Of a stretch of 64,000 nt of DNA, positions 10,306-20,487 are shown one piece after another; the stretch's first letter is position 1; each line of letters starts with the position of its first letter. The stretch lies in the NCBI GenBank assembly GCA_963770935.1, contig CAVYRJ010000016.1:59304-123303 (forward strand), given 5' to 3'. This DNA comes from Candidatus Bathyarchaeota archaeon. GTDB taxonomy: Archaea; Thermoproteota; Bathyarchaeia; Bathyarchaeales; Bathycorpusculaceae. Both the position numbers and the translations under genes were made by a program. Below the pieces are notes generated by a model. The model was not told the DNA's origin. It made no database searches and was given only the letters and a program-made list of their open reading frames with translations.

Positions 10306-10577
10306 ATTTTTTCGTCCGATGTTTTTTATTAACTTAGGTTTGCGTTAGTTATTTATGAAAAGAGAGTGCTCTGTGGCTTTAACCTTTTCTAATTTCATGT
10401 TTTCATTGTCGCATGAAAAAAAGAAGATGAGAAAATTATTCCTGATATCTTCCAGCACTAAATCTGATGGGTAAATCCTTGAGCCAAATCTATGAATCGA
10501 TTGACAAGGTGTAAGATTCAGTCTCTAATAATTTGTGGAAGCAATAGTCTTCTTAATCTCTTAAAATGTCTTAAGTT

Positions 10578-10781
10578 TTAGACTGCAAATATTATCATGA
10601 CAACAGTCACCATGAATAATACACCAATTACCATCGCCAGAAAACGAAGCTTTCTCATGTCTGAGACTAACGTCTTTTCCCCAAATATGTAAGGGACAAG
10701 TTCAGCCGTAACAAGAAGTAGGATAGCGCTAACAGCCAGAAGCAGGCTTATATCTTGGAGAGTTAAAGGAGGAAGCAGCAT
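10578..10781 (-). CDS. Small two-TM membrane protein (paralog of 4585-4791)
   Basis: Similar to 4585-4791; begins 3 bp after the stop of 10785-11573. Confidence 0.8.
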   Translation of the reverse strand: MLLPPLTLQDISLLLAVSAILLLVTAELVPYIFGEKTLVSDMRKLRFLAMVIGVLFMVTVVMIIFAV

Positions 10782-10784
10782 GGT

Positions 10785-11573
10785 TTATACATTTTCCATA
10801 ACGTATTCAATTATCATTGTTTTGTTATCAGGATTCAAAGTGTCTTTTTGGATTGTTATCGGTTTGTCCGAAGCTTTGGCAAATGCACATGCGAAAGCGC
10901 TCGCCAATATACAACCGACTTGAGCATGCGTTCGTGGTTGATTATCTTTGGCTTCACTGCAAAGTGTGTTAAAAATGCTTCCAGTGACTTCTAAATTTAT
11001 TGTACTATCTTGAATTTGAACTTGTGCTCCTTCTGCAAATTTCAGGTTGTTAACTAGTTTTTTTATTGCTATCTCCATTTGAGATATAGGAATTTTTCTG
11101 AAAGACATACCGAGTTCATGTTCAAACATTTGTGATAGTGCAAGACCTGGAGGAGTGAAGAATAGACCGTTTTTTTTCTCGGATAACAATTTATCTCCTG
11201 TCTCGTCAGCTGTAGGCAGAGTTGCCCGAAGCTTTTTAGGTACGAAGACAAGGCTAGATTCGAAGTTGTGGAGATTTTGTGGTGGCAGATATATTCCCTT
11301 TTCATCCAAATTGAACTCCATGAGGGATCGTTCAATATTGCTTCCGCTTGCACTTGCAGAAGCTCTCAACAGGGCGAGAAACACTTTTTTTGTTGGAGTA
11401 AAGAAGAGAAGCAGTAAACTCCAAAAAGATATAGAAACTCCTAGAACAGCCATAAATGATAGATTGTTTAACGCCGAGAATACTATCAAACCTAAGCCAG
11501 TCACTAGGGCTAAGCCTATTGTAACAACAACGACTACGTCTTGATTAATTCCGGTTTTCTTGATTTGAAGCAT
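10785..11573 (-). CDS. Membrane protein with two TMs and a V4R-like domain (paralog of 4799-6238)
   Basis: Motifs YLPP, GLFFTPPG, C...GCILASAFACAFAKASDKPITIQ. Confidence 0.75.
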   Translation of the reverse strand: MLQIKKTGINQDVVVVVTIGLALVTGLGLIVFSALNNLSFMAVLGVSISFWSLLLLFFTPTKKVFLALLRASASASGSNIERSLMEFNLDEKGIYLPPQNLHNFESSLVFVPKKLRATLPTADETGDKLLSEKKNGLFFTPPGLALSQMFEHELGMSFRKIPISQMEIAIKKLVNNLKFAEGAQVQIQDSTINLEVTGSIFNTLCSEAKDNQPRTHAQVGCILASAFACAFAKASDKPITIQKDTLNPDNKTMIIEYVMENV

Positions 11574-11689
11574 CTGCTTATCTTTGTTGTCGCTTCAATT
11601 AATATCTTATTCTAAAATATCCATGGTCTTTGAGAATTCGAATCGGACAGTTCAGATATCAACATCTTTGTTGAAACTTGTTTGTAGGA

Positions 11690-12669
11690 TCATTCTAAAT
11701 TCTCTATGGCAGTAATGTAGGTTTGGTAAATTGTTTTAGCAGCTTCAACTATTCCGTCTCGTTCATCTTCGGAAAGAATATTATACAAAGAAGAGCCCAC
11801 AATTGAGGAAAGGTGCACAGGTACTCCTACAAAAGTTGGCTCAAGAATTCCCGGGAACTTTATTGGAATAGACACAGGCAGAATTTCATTAGTATTATTT
11901 GCTATCGCTCTTGTGAGTCTCTAAATGAAGCAGCTGGACCGTATTCGGTGCCTCCAATGTTTTCAATTATGAATTTTGAAATCTCTTTTACATAAGAAAT
12001 GATGTCTTGTTTAAGGAACATCAATTTTTTCGATGATGCATATTCCTCGACTGGAAAACCGAAGACTTTGGTTGTTGACCATAATGGAATCGCTGCATCT
12101 CCATGTTCTCCCCCTATCCAACCGCTAACCTGAGACACCGGAACTCCGAGTGTTTGCGCAACTTTAGATCTGAACCTTAAGGACTCAAGGTTAGTTCCTG
12201 TGCTAATTACAAAGCTAGCATTAGTGAATTTCTTACACACCATTGCCATTGCATCAACAGGATTGGTGATCACTATATACTTTGCACCAGAATTTCCAGG
12301 AACAGTATCTTCTGACACTTGCTTAATAATCTCACCGTTTTGGACTGCTAAGTCCCTTCTTGACATTTTAACTCCCGGAGACCGGGGCTGTCCTGCAGAT
12401 ATCAAAATTATATCTGCTCCAGAAATATCTTCAGCTTTTTCACAAGAGTTAATTTCGATGTCAAGCCCGATGCTTGAAGCAACGTGTTTTAGTTCTTCAG
12501 CAAACGCAGCAGCAAGATGTGGTTTAATATCACATAATGTCAGCTCGTTTGCAATCTTCGAACACATTATTGTGTATGCTGTTGGTCGTCCAACTCGACC
12601 AGTTCCTATTTGGGCAATGTGCAAAGTTATCTGTCTCCAATTTTCTTTCTGTAATTTATCAGCCATCAT
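11690..12669 (-). CDS. mdh: Malate/lactate dehydrogenase family protein, malate-type; split by one frameshift near 11913
   Basis: Motifs GTGRVG, SAGQPRSPG..SRRDL, ITNPVD, GEHGD, GGTEYGPA. The reading continues as TRAIANNTNEILPVSIP in the 11690-11875 frame. Confidence 0.8.
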
Positions 12670-13133
12670 TCCTTGAGCTATCTATAATTGATTGAAAGAC
12701 TAAATATTTGAAAATTACGGAGGAAGCAGTTTATTGAAGGTTCAAATTTTTTGCTGAAAAAACCCATCGAGTAAGTCTACGTGAGGTTAGTTGTTTCCTA
12801 CCTTGAAAACGATCTGCGGATATCAGGACTATTTTGTTTCAATAAAACTTTCAATCAAAATAGTGGAAATAATATGACTACACAAGACATGGCCATGCCT
12901 ATACAAGTTTTAACTTTGTTTATTCTAGCACAGATTAGTGAGTTGGGTTTACCACAAATATACAAGGCAAACATATTTTTTGGGGATTCATGCAAAATCC
13001 GCTTCGCATGTTTAGTTAAACCAGGTTCGCAAAATCGCAAATGAAATTTACAAAAAACCTACAAGACTTCTCAAAAAGAATTAAATTAGGTGGAACCGAA
13101 GTTTGTTTAAAATTCAAGAAGAGAGAATATAAA

Positions 13134-15061
13134 ATGAATAATTTAAATAAAATAGTGAACTTGGGGAGTTTTAGAAAACTCAAAAAAACCTCAGCCCTAA
13201 GCATAAGCTTACTAATAATCATAAGCTCCTTGTCAATTTTCGGCGCAGCATCAATACAAGTCACCGCAGCAGCCGACACATTCACATTCGGAAATACATC
13301 AATCGGAACAATGACAAACTCTTTCACAACCGACAGAGACGCAAGCCGATTCCAACTAACCCAAAACGGCCAACTCCAAACCATAACAGTATACTACACA
13401 AACACAGGCTTTAACGCCAAAACCGCAATCTACGCAGACAACAATGGAGCACCCTCCACCCTAATAGCGCAAAGCAACAGCCAAACAATAACCCAAAGCG
13501 GCTGGCAAACATTCACCCTACCACAAACCACCCTAACCCCAGGATACTACTGGCTATGCACAGTCTCAAACAACCCCTCCTACGGAAAAATGGCAGCTAC
13601 ATCCACAAACCAACACGCATGGAAATACTCACCTTACTCAGCAGAGTACCCAGCAACCTTTGGAACACCCCGCTGGATACCAACAAACCGCCACAAGCAT
13701 ATACGCCACCTGCACCACCACAGCAGTAGTCAACCCCACCCCAACACCCACCCAACATCTACCCCAGCACCAACCGCGCTCCTACACCTGCGCCAGGCGG
13801 CGGAACAGCCACAAATAACAGTGTCTGCAGTAGTAGCCTCCTCATACTCCGGCACACATACCCCGAAGCCAAGCAATCGACGGAGTAGAATCAACCGCCA
13901 ACTACTGGGGAACAACGTTCAGCAAACGGTCTTCCCCAATGGCTACAACTTGACCTGGGCACACAAAAAAGCATCAGCCAAATCGTTACCCACTTCTACG
14001 ATGGGAACTCGAGAACATACACCTATTACATCCAAGTTTCAACTGACGGCTCCAATTGGAACACCGTTGTATCCACAAAAACTGGAAATAGCGTAGTAAC
14101 TGACTCATTCACCCAAACAACATGTAGATACGTTAGAATAACAATAACTGGCAACACAGCAAACTTAGCCGCACACATAGAAGAAATAAAAGTCTATCAA
14201 TCAGGCAGTTCATCTCCAGCACCTACTCCAACACCTACTCAAACACCCTATCCCACTGCCACTCCTACTCCAACTCCTTATACACCCAATTATGGAGGTA
14301 ACGGTATTTGGACTCAAGCTGGTTCTGATTTAGCTCCGTCGCAATGCTCATACTACAGACAACAAAAAATCACAGAAATTTACATGCAAGTCGGTTACTG
14401 GAAATCAGACTCCTCACTCTACTATCTAGTATCCTCAAGCCAAATTCAAACTGCCGTAGCAAACGCCCACGCAGCCGGACTAAAGATCTACGCGTGGGTA
14501 ACCTCGCAAGCATCATACGGAACAACAATCAACATAGGCGCATCAAATCTACGCCAAACCGCAATCAACAATATGGTCAACCTAGCAAGAGACTACAACT
14601 TCGACGGCATCGCAGACGATCTTGAAGAATTGCAATGCAGCGGCTATTCAGATTACGTATCATACTTCAACGGTGCAGCATCAGCACTGCATACAATAGG
14701 AAAACAATACTATACAGCAGTAGTAGCTTATCTGCCGCCAAACATGGGCGCTTCACTTTTCAGCACGATTCACGTAGACAGAATACAACCCATGCTGTAT
14801 GCTTATCCGTCTGGACTGCAAGAAACCAAGCTTAAGGAGCATGTTGATTTCTTTTTGCGTTACTCTTCTTCGCCTGTTGGTTTAGCGATTCATTCTGACC
14901 ATCCGCCTTATGGTACTTTAGTTGACGCTATGAGTTGGGTTGATGAGCAGTTAGCTACTGGAACACCAACTGGCAAGCTTGCGGGCATTGATATTTTCTG
15001 GGTCCATGGCATGACTCAGAGTCAATGGAACGCATGGAGCAACTGGAACACCAAAAACTAG
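13134..15061 (+). CDS. Secreted modular protein: beta domain + P/T linker + F5/8 type C (CBM32-like) + P/T linker + GH18-like TIM barrel; several indels between 13670 and 13925
   Basis: Joining frames gives AIDG...YWGT...LPQWLQLDLG...YYIQVSTDGSNW...RYVRITI...IEEIKVY (discoidin), in frame from ~13925 with ORF 14384-15061 (AHAAGLKIYAW, YNFDGIADDLEE). Start codon uncertain. Confidence 0.75.
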
Positions 15062-15077
15062 GATGATCCAAAATGGG
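14317..15077 (+). repeat. Direct repeat copy 1 (GH18-like domain plus sequence past the stop); copy 2 lies 1395 bp downstream
   Basis: 14317-14727 appears identical to 15712-16122; patchy divergence follows; identity resumes through TAGGATGATCCAAAATGGG. Confidence 0.9.
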
Positions 15078-16456
15078 AGTAACCTCAAAAAACATCATTC
15101 CTATTTTTTTCATAATAATAGTTATAGCTTCAAGCCTTTTCGTAGAATCAGCTACCGCGCAACAAAACAGATTCATTACGTATGGAAAAAGTACATCTTC
15201 TGATTCAATATTAGGCGATTCGCGTTCTTCTACTCCAATACTGACCTATTCGCCATCTCCCACTCCCTTTCCAATATTGCCAGCTGCTCCTACGCCTACT
15301 TCCTTGACACTTCGAACCCCTGGAGCAACAACACAGACAATAACATTAACCCCAACTCCTGTCCCAACTAGCAGTTACTTTATTTCACCCTTGCCAACTC
15401 CATCTCCAACAGCCAATCCAACTCCATCTCCAACAGCCACTCCAACTCCAGCACCAACAGCTACTCCAACTCCAGAACCAACAGCTACTCCAACTCCAGA
15501 ACCAACAACTACTCCAACTCCAGAACCAACAACTACTCCAACTCCAGAACCAACAACTACTCCAACTCCAGAACCAACAACTACTCCAACTCCAACCCCC
15601 ATCACCAACAACTACTCCAACTCCAACCCCATCACCAACAACTACTCCAACTCCAACCCCCATTCCAACTCCTATTCTATCCAGTGGGAACACTAACGGT
15701 TTATGGTCTACAGCTGGTTCTGATTTAGCTCCGTCGCAATGCTCATACTACAGACAACAAAAAATCACAGAAATTTACATGCAAGTCGGTTACTGGAAAT
15801 CAGACTCCTCACTCTACTATCTAGTATCCTCAAGCCAAATTCAAACTGCCGTAGCAAACGCCCACGCAGCCGGACTAAAGATCTACGCGTGGGTAACCTC
15901 GCAAGCATCATACGGAACAACAATCAACATAGGCGCATCAAATCTACGCCAAACCGCAATCAACAATATGGTCAACCTAGCAAGAGACTACAACTTCGAC
16001 GGCATCGCAGACGATCTTGAAGAATTGCAATGCAGCGGCTATTCAGATTACGTATCATACTTCAACGGTGCAGCATCAGCACTGCATACAATAGGAAAAC
16101 AATACTATACAGCAGTAGTAGCCTACTTAGCTCCAAACATGGGCACAGCGCTCTTCAGCACAATTCACGTAGACAGAATACAACCCATGCTATACACCTA
16201 TCCGTCTGGACTACAAGAAACAAAAGCAAAGGAACACATTGATTTTTATTTGCGTTACTCTTCTTCGCCTGTTGGTTTAGCGATTCACTCTGATTATCCA
16301 GCTTACGGTACTTTGGCAGATGCTATGAGTTGGGTTGATGAGCAGTTAGCTACTGGAACACCAACTGGCAAGCTTGCGGGCATTGATATTTTCTGGCTCC
16401 ACGGGATGACTCAGAGTCAATGGAACGCATGGAGCAACTGGAACACCAAAAACTAG
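15073..16456 (+). CDS. Secreted protein: signal peptide + long P/T stalk + GH18-like domain; one frameshift near 15600
   Basis: ORF 15073-15696 joins ORF 15779-16456 if one C is removed from the C-run near 15600, reading ...PILSSGNTNGLWSTAGSDLAPSQ. Confidence 0.8.
15410..15660 (+). repeat. 24-bp tandem repeats encoding TPTPEPTT, followed by two ~30-bp units
   Basis: ACTCCAACTCCAGAACCAACAACT is repeated several times. Confidence 0.9.
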
Positions 16457-16472
16457 GATGATCCAAAATGGG
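15712..16472 (+). repeat. Direct repeat copy 2 of the GH18-like domain
   Basis: See 14317-15077. Confidence 0.9.
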
Positions 16473-16871
16473 GCAATCTTTTTGGCAACCACACGCTTTT
16501 TACGTTTTATAACTTTTTCTTGATCCACGCCAATTTATGCATGACGACCCTATAAAAGCTGTAATGATCAGCGAAAAAGCAATGAATACAATTGGAAATA
16601 TGCAGTAATCTATAACGAGAAGTAATGGATAAAAAAAGGAAAGAACTAAAACAGAAGATAAGTTAAGATGCCCTTTGCAGCGGTTTAAAAAAAGAATTTG
16701 GAAAGGGATAACCAAAATATGTATGCATCAAAAATCTTTGATAGACGTAAACACGATCTAAGAAATTGAAAAGAATGGCAATGATTATTATCTTAAGGGC
16801 TCTTCTGGAATCGATTATATTGTTGAATCACCAAATCAGAAAGTAAGGGTTGATTAGCTGATCTCTTCTAA

Positions 16872-18011
16872 TCAAATCTTCTTAAGCGAGTGTCTAATTG
16901 AAGAAAGCAGCAACAAATATTTTAGTAGAACGAAGTAAATTTTTGACTTAATAAGCACTTTAAGCCCTACGTCTATCAGATTGGAGGACGTTTTCTTGTT
17001 CACCAATTTTATGTTCATATTTGTTCGAGACTTTTCAGTCCAATCAAACTTATAAGGTTCAGCTCCTTGCATGAAATCATATTCAACAATTCCTTTTGCA
17101 ACGCACTCTTCCAAAACTTTTAAAGTTAACAAACTCCCTACCCTATATTTGGAGAAGTTTGGGTCAAAGCCTTTAAGGTGACAATACATTGTCCCTTTAT
17201 ATTCTAAATTTAGCTCCACGGCAACGGGTTTCTTTTCTACCGTCAAAAAATACAGTCTTAACCAGTCTTTTTCAGCAAAATACTTCGCCGTTTGAAAGGT
17301 AATATTCCGAGATTTTTCCAATCTAAACCTTCCGGGTTCACTCTTTGATACCCACCTCATCTGATGTAAATCAAAGAATATTTCCATTGCTTGCTCTAGA
17401 GAACCCAATTCGCGGTACTGTTTTAGCTCTACCTTACCTTGTTCAGCTTCCAATTTTTGCAGGCTCTTTTTCAGCTTTTTTTGAAACTTGGAATTTAGGC
17501 TTGCTATCAATTTGTCTTTTGTATTAGGAACCGCAACGAAAGGGCAAACTATTCCTTTTTTAATTTCAAGTTTAGGAATTTCAGATGAGTTTTCAATTAT
17601 TGCCAAGCTTGGTGATGATTGGGGCAAATCTGGAAAATTCATGAAATCCCAATCTTTTTGGCTAAACAAGTAAGTCAAGAACTCGTGAACGCATTGATCT
17701 TCGTTTTGCGTCACGATTATTCCATTGTAGTCTGTATCTCCATTAGTCAACGGTTCAAGGATGCCATATCCCAAGGGCCAAATCAGACCCTTACGAGTTA
17801 CCCGAAAAGGGGCAATTCCCACAAGCTCATCACCTTCAGTCGCACATAATATCTTAAGTGAACTATGATTGCCCAGATAGTTTACTGAAGGGGCCATTTT
17901 TTCCCAAGTTAAAAAAATATTGTCCTCTACGCTTTTGTTGAGGGTCTGATCCCAACGATTCTTCATTTTAAAAAATTCCATCTTGGTGTTTATCTCGCTA
18001 ATGCGTAGCAT
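16872..18011 (-). CDS. GNAT family acyltransferase (CelD/BcsL, Acetyltransf_6-like)
   Basis: Motifs FLTWE, VGIAP, DY, LH..RW, LRLYFL, GFDP, DFMQGAEPYKFDW. Confidence 0.85.
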   Translation of the reverse strand: MLRISEINTKMEFFKMKNRWDQTLNKSVEDNIFLTWEKMAPSVNYLGNHSSLKILCATEGDELVGIAPFRVTRKGLIWPLGYGILEPLTNGDTDYNGIIVTQNEDQCVHEFLTYLFSQKDWDFMNFPDLPQSSPSLAIIENSSEIPKLEIKKGIVCPFVAVPNTKDKLIASLNSKFQKKLKKSLQKLEAEQGKVELKQYRELGSLEQAMEIFFDLHQMRWVSKSEPGRFRLEKSRNITFQTAKYFAEKDWLRLYFLTVEKKPVAVELNLEYKGTMYCHLKGFDPNFSKYRVGSLLTLKVLEECVAKGIVEYDFMQGAEPYKFDWTEKSRTNMNIKLVNKKTSSNLIDVGLKVLIKSKIYFVLLKYLLLLSSIRHSLKKI

Positions 18012-18200
18012 TCAAATCCCTGTATGTTTCATTAAGGCTTAAATCTACATATAATTGAGTACTGCCAATGTTGAAATATATCCGGTATCGGTGTATTGGA
18101 TAATTGCGCTTATTATTGTGATAACAAAAGTCGAACACACATTAATACAACAAGCGTGATTGTGGTGTTTCACATTTTGATAAGTGGATTTAACCTTTGC

Positions 18201-18860
18201 TTACTCTTTCTTGCCCCTATTTCTCATGACCTCTGTGGCTCTAACCCAACGACCCTCTGAACCTTTGTTCGAGATTTTCCTCGCAGGGCAACCACCTATA
18301 CTTATGTTTGGTTCGTCAAAAGTTTTGTTTACAAAGGAATTAGCCCCTATGACGATTCCCTCAGCTATCGATATGGGACCTACGATAACGGCCCCCGTAC
18401 TGATAATGACATTTTTGCCTATGGTGGGTACTCCATTGTTTATCAAGTCTGTACCTATTGTAACTCCATGATGTATTCGGCAGTTTTCTCCCACTTGCAC
18501 TCCATGATGTATAACTATTGAACCTCTATGCGCTATTGATAAGCCAGGACCGAAAACGTTGCGAGGAATAACAAAACCAAGTTTAATGCTTAGCTTTTCA
18601 AGGTCATAACGGGAATGTAAACACGATAACTTGCTAATAGGATTCGCTTTGCAATTTTCCAAGTACTCTACCTTTCGTAGGCAACGTTGAAATTTCCAGA
18701 TTTCGTCTTGAAATAATCGGGGTTGTTTTGATTCTACGTTAAGGGCTATTTGGTCAGCTTCTAAATAGAACAAATAATCTTCTTTTGTTCGTATCACGGT
18801 GTTTTCTTGAGTTGGTCGCAAACGCTTAAAAAGTTTGTGATTCTTGTTTTCCAATTCCAT
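18201..18860 (-). CDS. Hexapeptide-repeat O-acetyltransferase (serine acetyltransferase/WcaB-like)
   Basis: FGPGLSIAHRGSIVIH, GENCRIHHGVTIG, PTIGKNV, IGANSFV, GGCPARKI. Confidence 0.85.
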   Translation of the reverse strand: MELENKNHKLFKRLRPTQENTVIRTKEDYLFYLEADQIALNVESKQPRLFQDEIWKFQRCLRKVEYLENCKANPISKLSCLHSRYDLEKLSIKLGFVIPRNVFGPGLSIAHRGSIVIHHGVQVGENCRIHHGVTIGTDLINNGVPTIGKNVIISTGAVIVGPISIAEGIVIGANSFVNKTFDEPNISIGGCPARKISNKGSEGRWVRATEVMRNRGKKE

Positions 18861-19060
18861 AGTTGATGTTTTTTCTATTAATTTTCCGGTGACTAACGAG
18901 GGTCCTTCATATGCTTGTAAGGCGGTGGTCTCTACTTTGTAAAATCCAATTTAGACTAACCTTGAGCACTATCAATTTTGGATATATTTCAAAATTCGCA
19001 GCTTTAATTAAATGCTAACTCCAACATCTTAAGTCTTATTCTAGCGTGGAGGAAACATAA

Positions 19061-20197
19061 GTGCTGCGCATAAGTGAGATAAATACTAAAACAGAGTTTT
19101 TCAATATGAAAGGTTATTGGGATCAGACCCTTACCACGACTATAGATAACAATGTTTTTCTAACTTGGGAGAAAACGACTACTTCAGCATCATTTCTAAG
19201 AAATGACTTTGCAATCAAGATATTATGTACGACTGAAGGTAACGAAATTATAAGTATTGCTCCTTTTCGTGTAACTCACAAAGGTCTAAGAAGCCACTTT
19301 GGTGATGATTTTCTTGAGCCTTTGGCTGAGGGAAAAACAGACTGCGAAAGAGTAAAAGTGGCTCAAGAAGAAGATCTATGTCTACATCAATTTGTACCAT
19401 ATATAATTAGCCAAAAAGATGGCGATTTCAAGAATTTCCGAGATTTACCACAATTCCCGAGTTTAGGAGTTAATGAAAATTCACGAGAAATTTCTAAATT
19501 AGAAATTGAAAAAGGAATAATTTGCCCTTTTATTGCAGTTCCCAACTCAACAGAAAAACTAGAGTCAAGCCTAAAATCTAAGTTTCAGAAAAAGCTGAAA
19601 AATAATTTGAAAGAGTTGGAGAAACAGCACGGCAAAGTTGAGCTAAAACTATACCAAGATATAGGCTCTTTAGAACAGGCAATGGATGTTTTCTTTAATT
19701 TACATCGCAAAAAAAGTTTATCAAAAGGTGACCTTGGAAGGTTCGAAAAAAAGAAAGCTCGAGAAATTACCTTTCAGACAGCAAAATATTTTGCTGAAAA
19801 AGACTTGCTAAGACTGTATTTTCTCACGGTAAACAACAAACCCATTGCAGTTGAGTTGAATTTAGAATATGAAGGTAAAATGTACTGCCACTTTAAAAGT
19901 TTTGATCCAAACTACTCTAAATACAGAGTAGGAAACTTGTTGACCTTAAAGGTATTAGAAGAATGCATTGCAAAAGGAATTGTTGAGTACAATTTCATGC
20001 AAGGGGCTAAAAACTACAAATATGAATGGACCAACAAGTTTAGACGAACCATCAACATAAAATTAGTAAAAAAGAAAACCTCAGCCCATCTGATTGATGT
20101 CGGGTTCAAGATTCTCAATAAGTCAAAAATTGATTCGCTTCTAACAAAATATGCATTAGTGCTTTCTTCAATTAGATACTTGTTTAAGAAGTTTTGA
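19061..20197 (+). CDS. GNAT family acyltransferase, inverted duplicate of 16872-18011 with degenerate motifs
   Basis: Colinear with the paralog from MLRISEINTK to LSSIR. Confidence 0.8.
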   Translation: MLRISEINTKTEFFNMKGYWDQTLTTTIDNNVFLTWEKTTTSASFLRNDFAIKILCTTEGNEIISIAPFRVTHKGLRSHFGDDFLEPLAEGKTDCERVKVAQEEDLCLHQFVPYIISQKDGDFKNFRDLPQFPSLGVNENSREISKLEIEKGIICPFIAVPNSTEKLESSLKSKFQKKLKNNLKELEKQHGKVELKLYQDIGSLEQAMDVFFNLHRKKSLSKGDLGRFEKKKAREITFQTAKYFAEKDLLRLYFLTVNNKPIAVELNLEYEGKMYCHFKSFDPNYSKYRVGNLLTLKVLEECIAKGIVEYNFMQGAKNYKYEWTNKFRRTINIKLVKKKTSAHLIDVGFKILNKSKIDSLLTKYALVLSSIRYLFKKF

Positions 20198-20487
20198 TTA
20201 AGGTACGATGCATTTATCGTTCCCTCATTTCTGATAATGATTATTCAACAATCTAATCAAAGTTTAAAAATACTCAATAGGCAGATGGAAATTAAATTTT
20301 TAAAATTAGATAAAATAGGAACAGTCAACCCAACAAAAAAATTGATTTAGAAGCTTTTGGACAAAAATTTAGAATTTACTCATCATCATTGGACACTTGG
20401 CTTATTGCACTTCAAGCGTTATCTTGATTAAAGAGCAAGGAAGTCAAGGAAAAAAAATATCTGTTCTACGTTGACAGCGTGGAAAAA

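Noticed and set aside
15410-15660. CRISPR-like periodicity here and at 40503-40603
   Set aside because: The units are contiguous, have no unique spacers and encode P/T or P/S linkers.
14317-16472. Diversity-generating retroelement (template/variable repeat pair)
   Set aside because: The differences are not adenine-specific, many are synonymous, both copies are coding, and no reverse transcriptase is present in the window.
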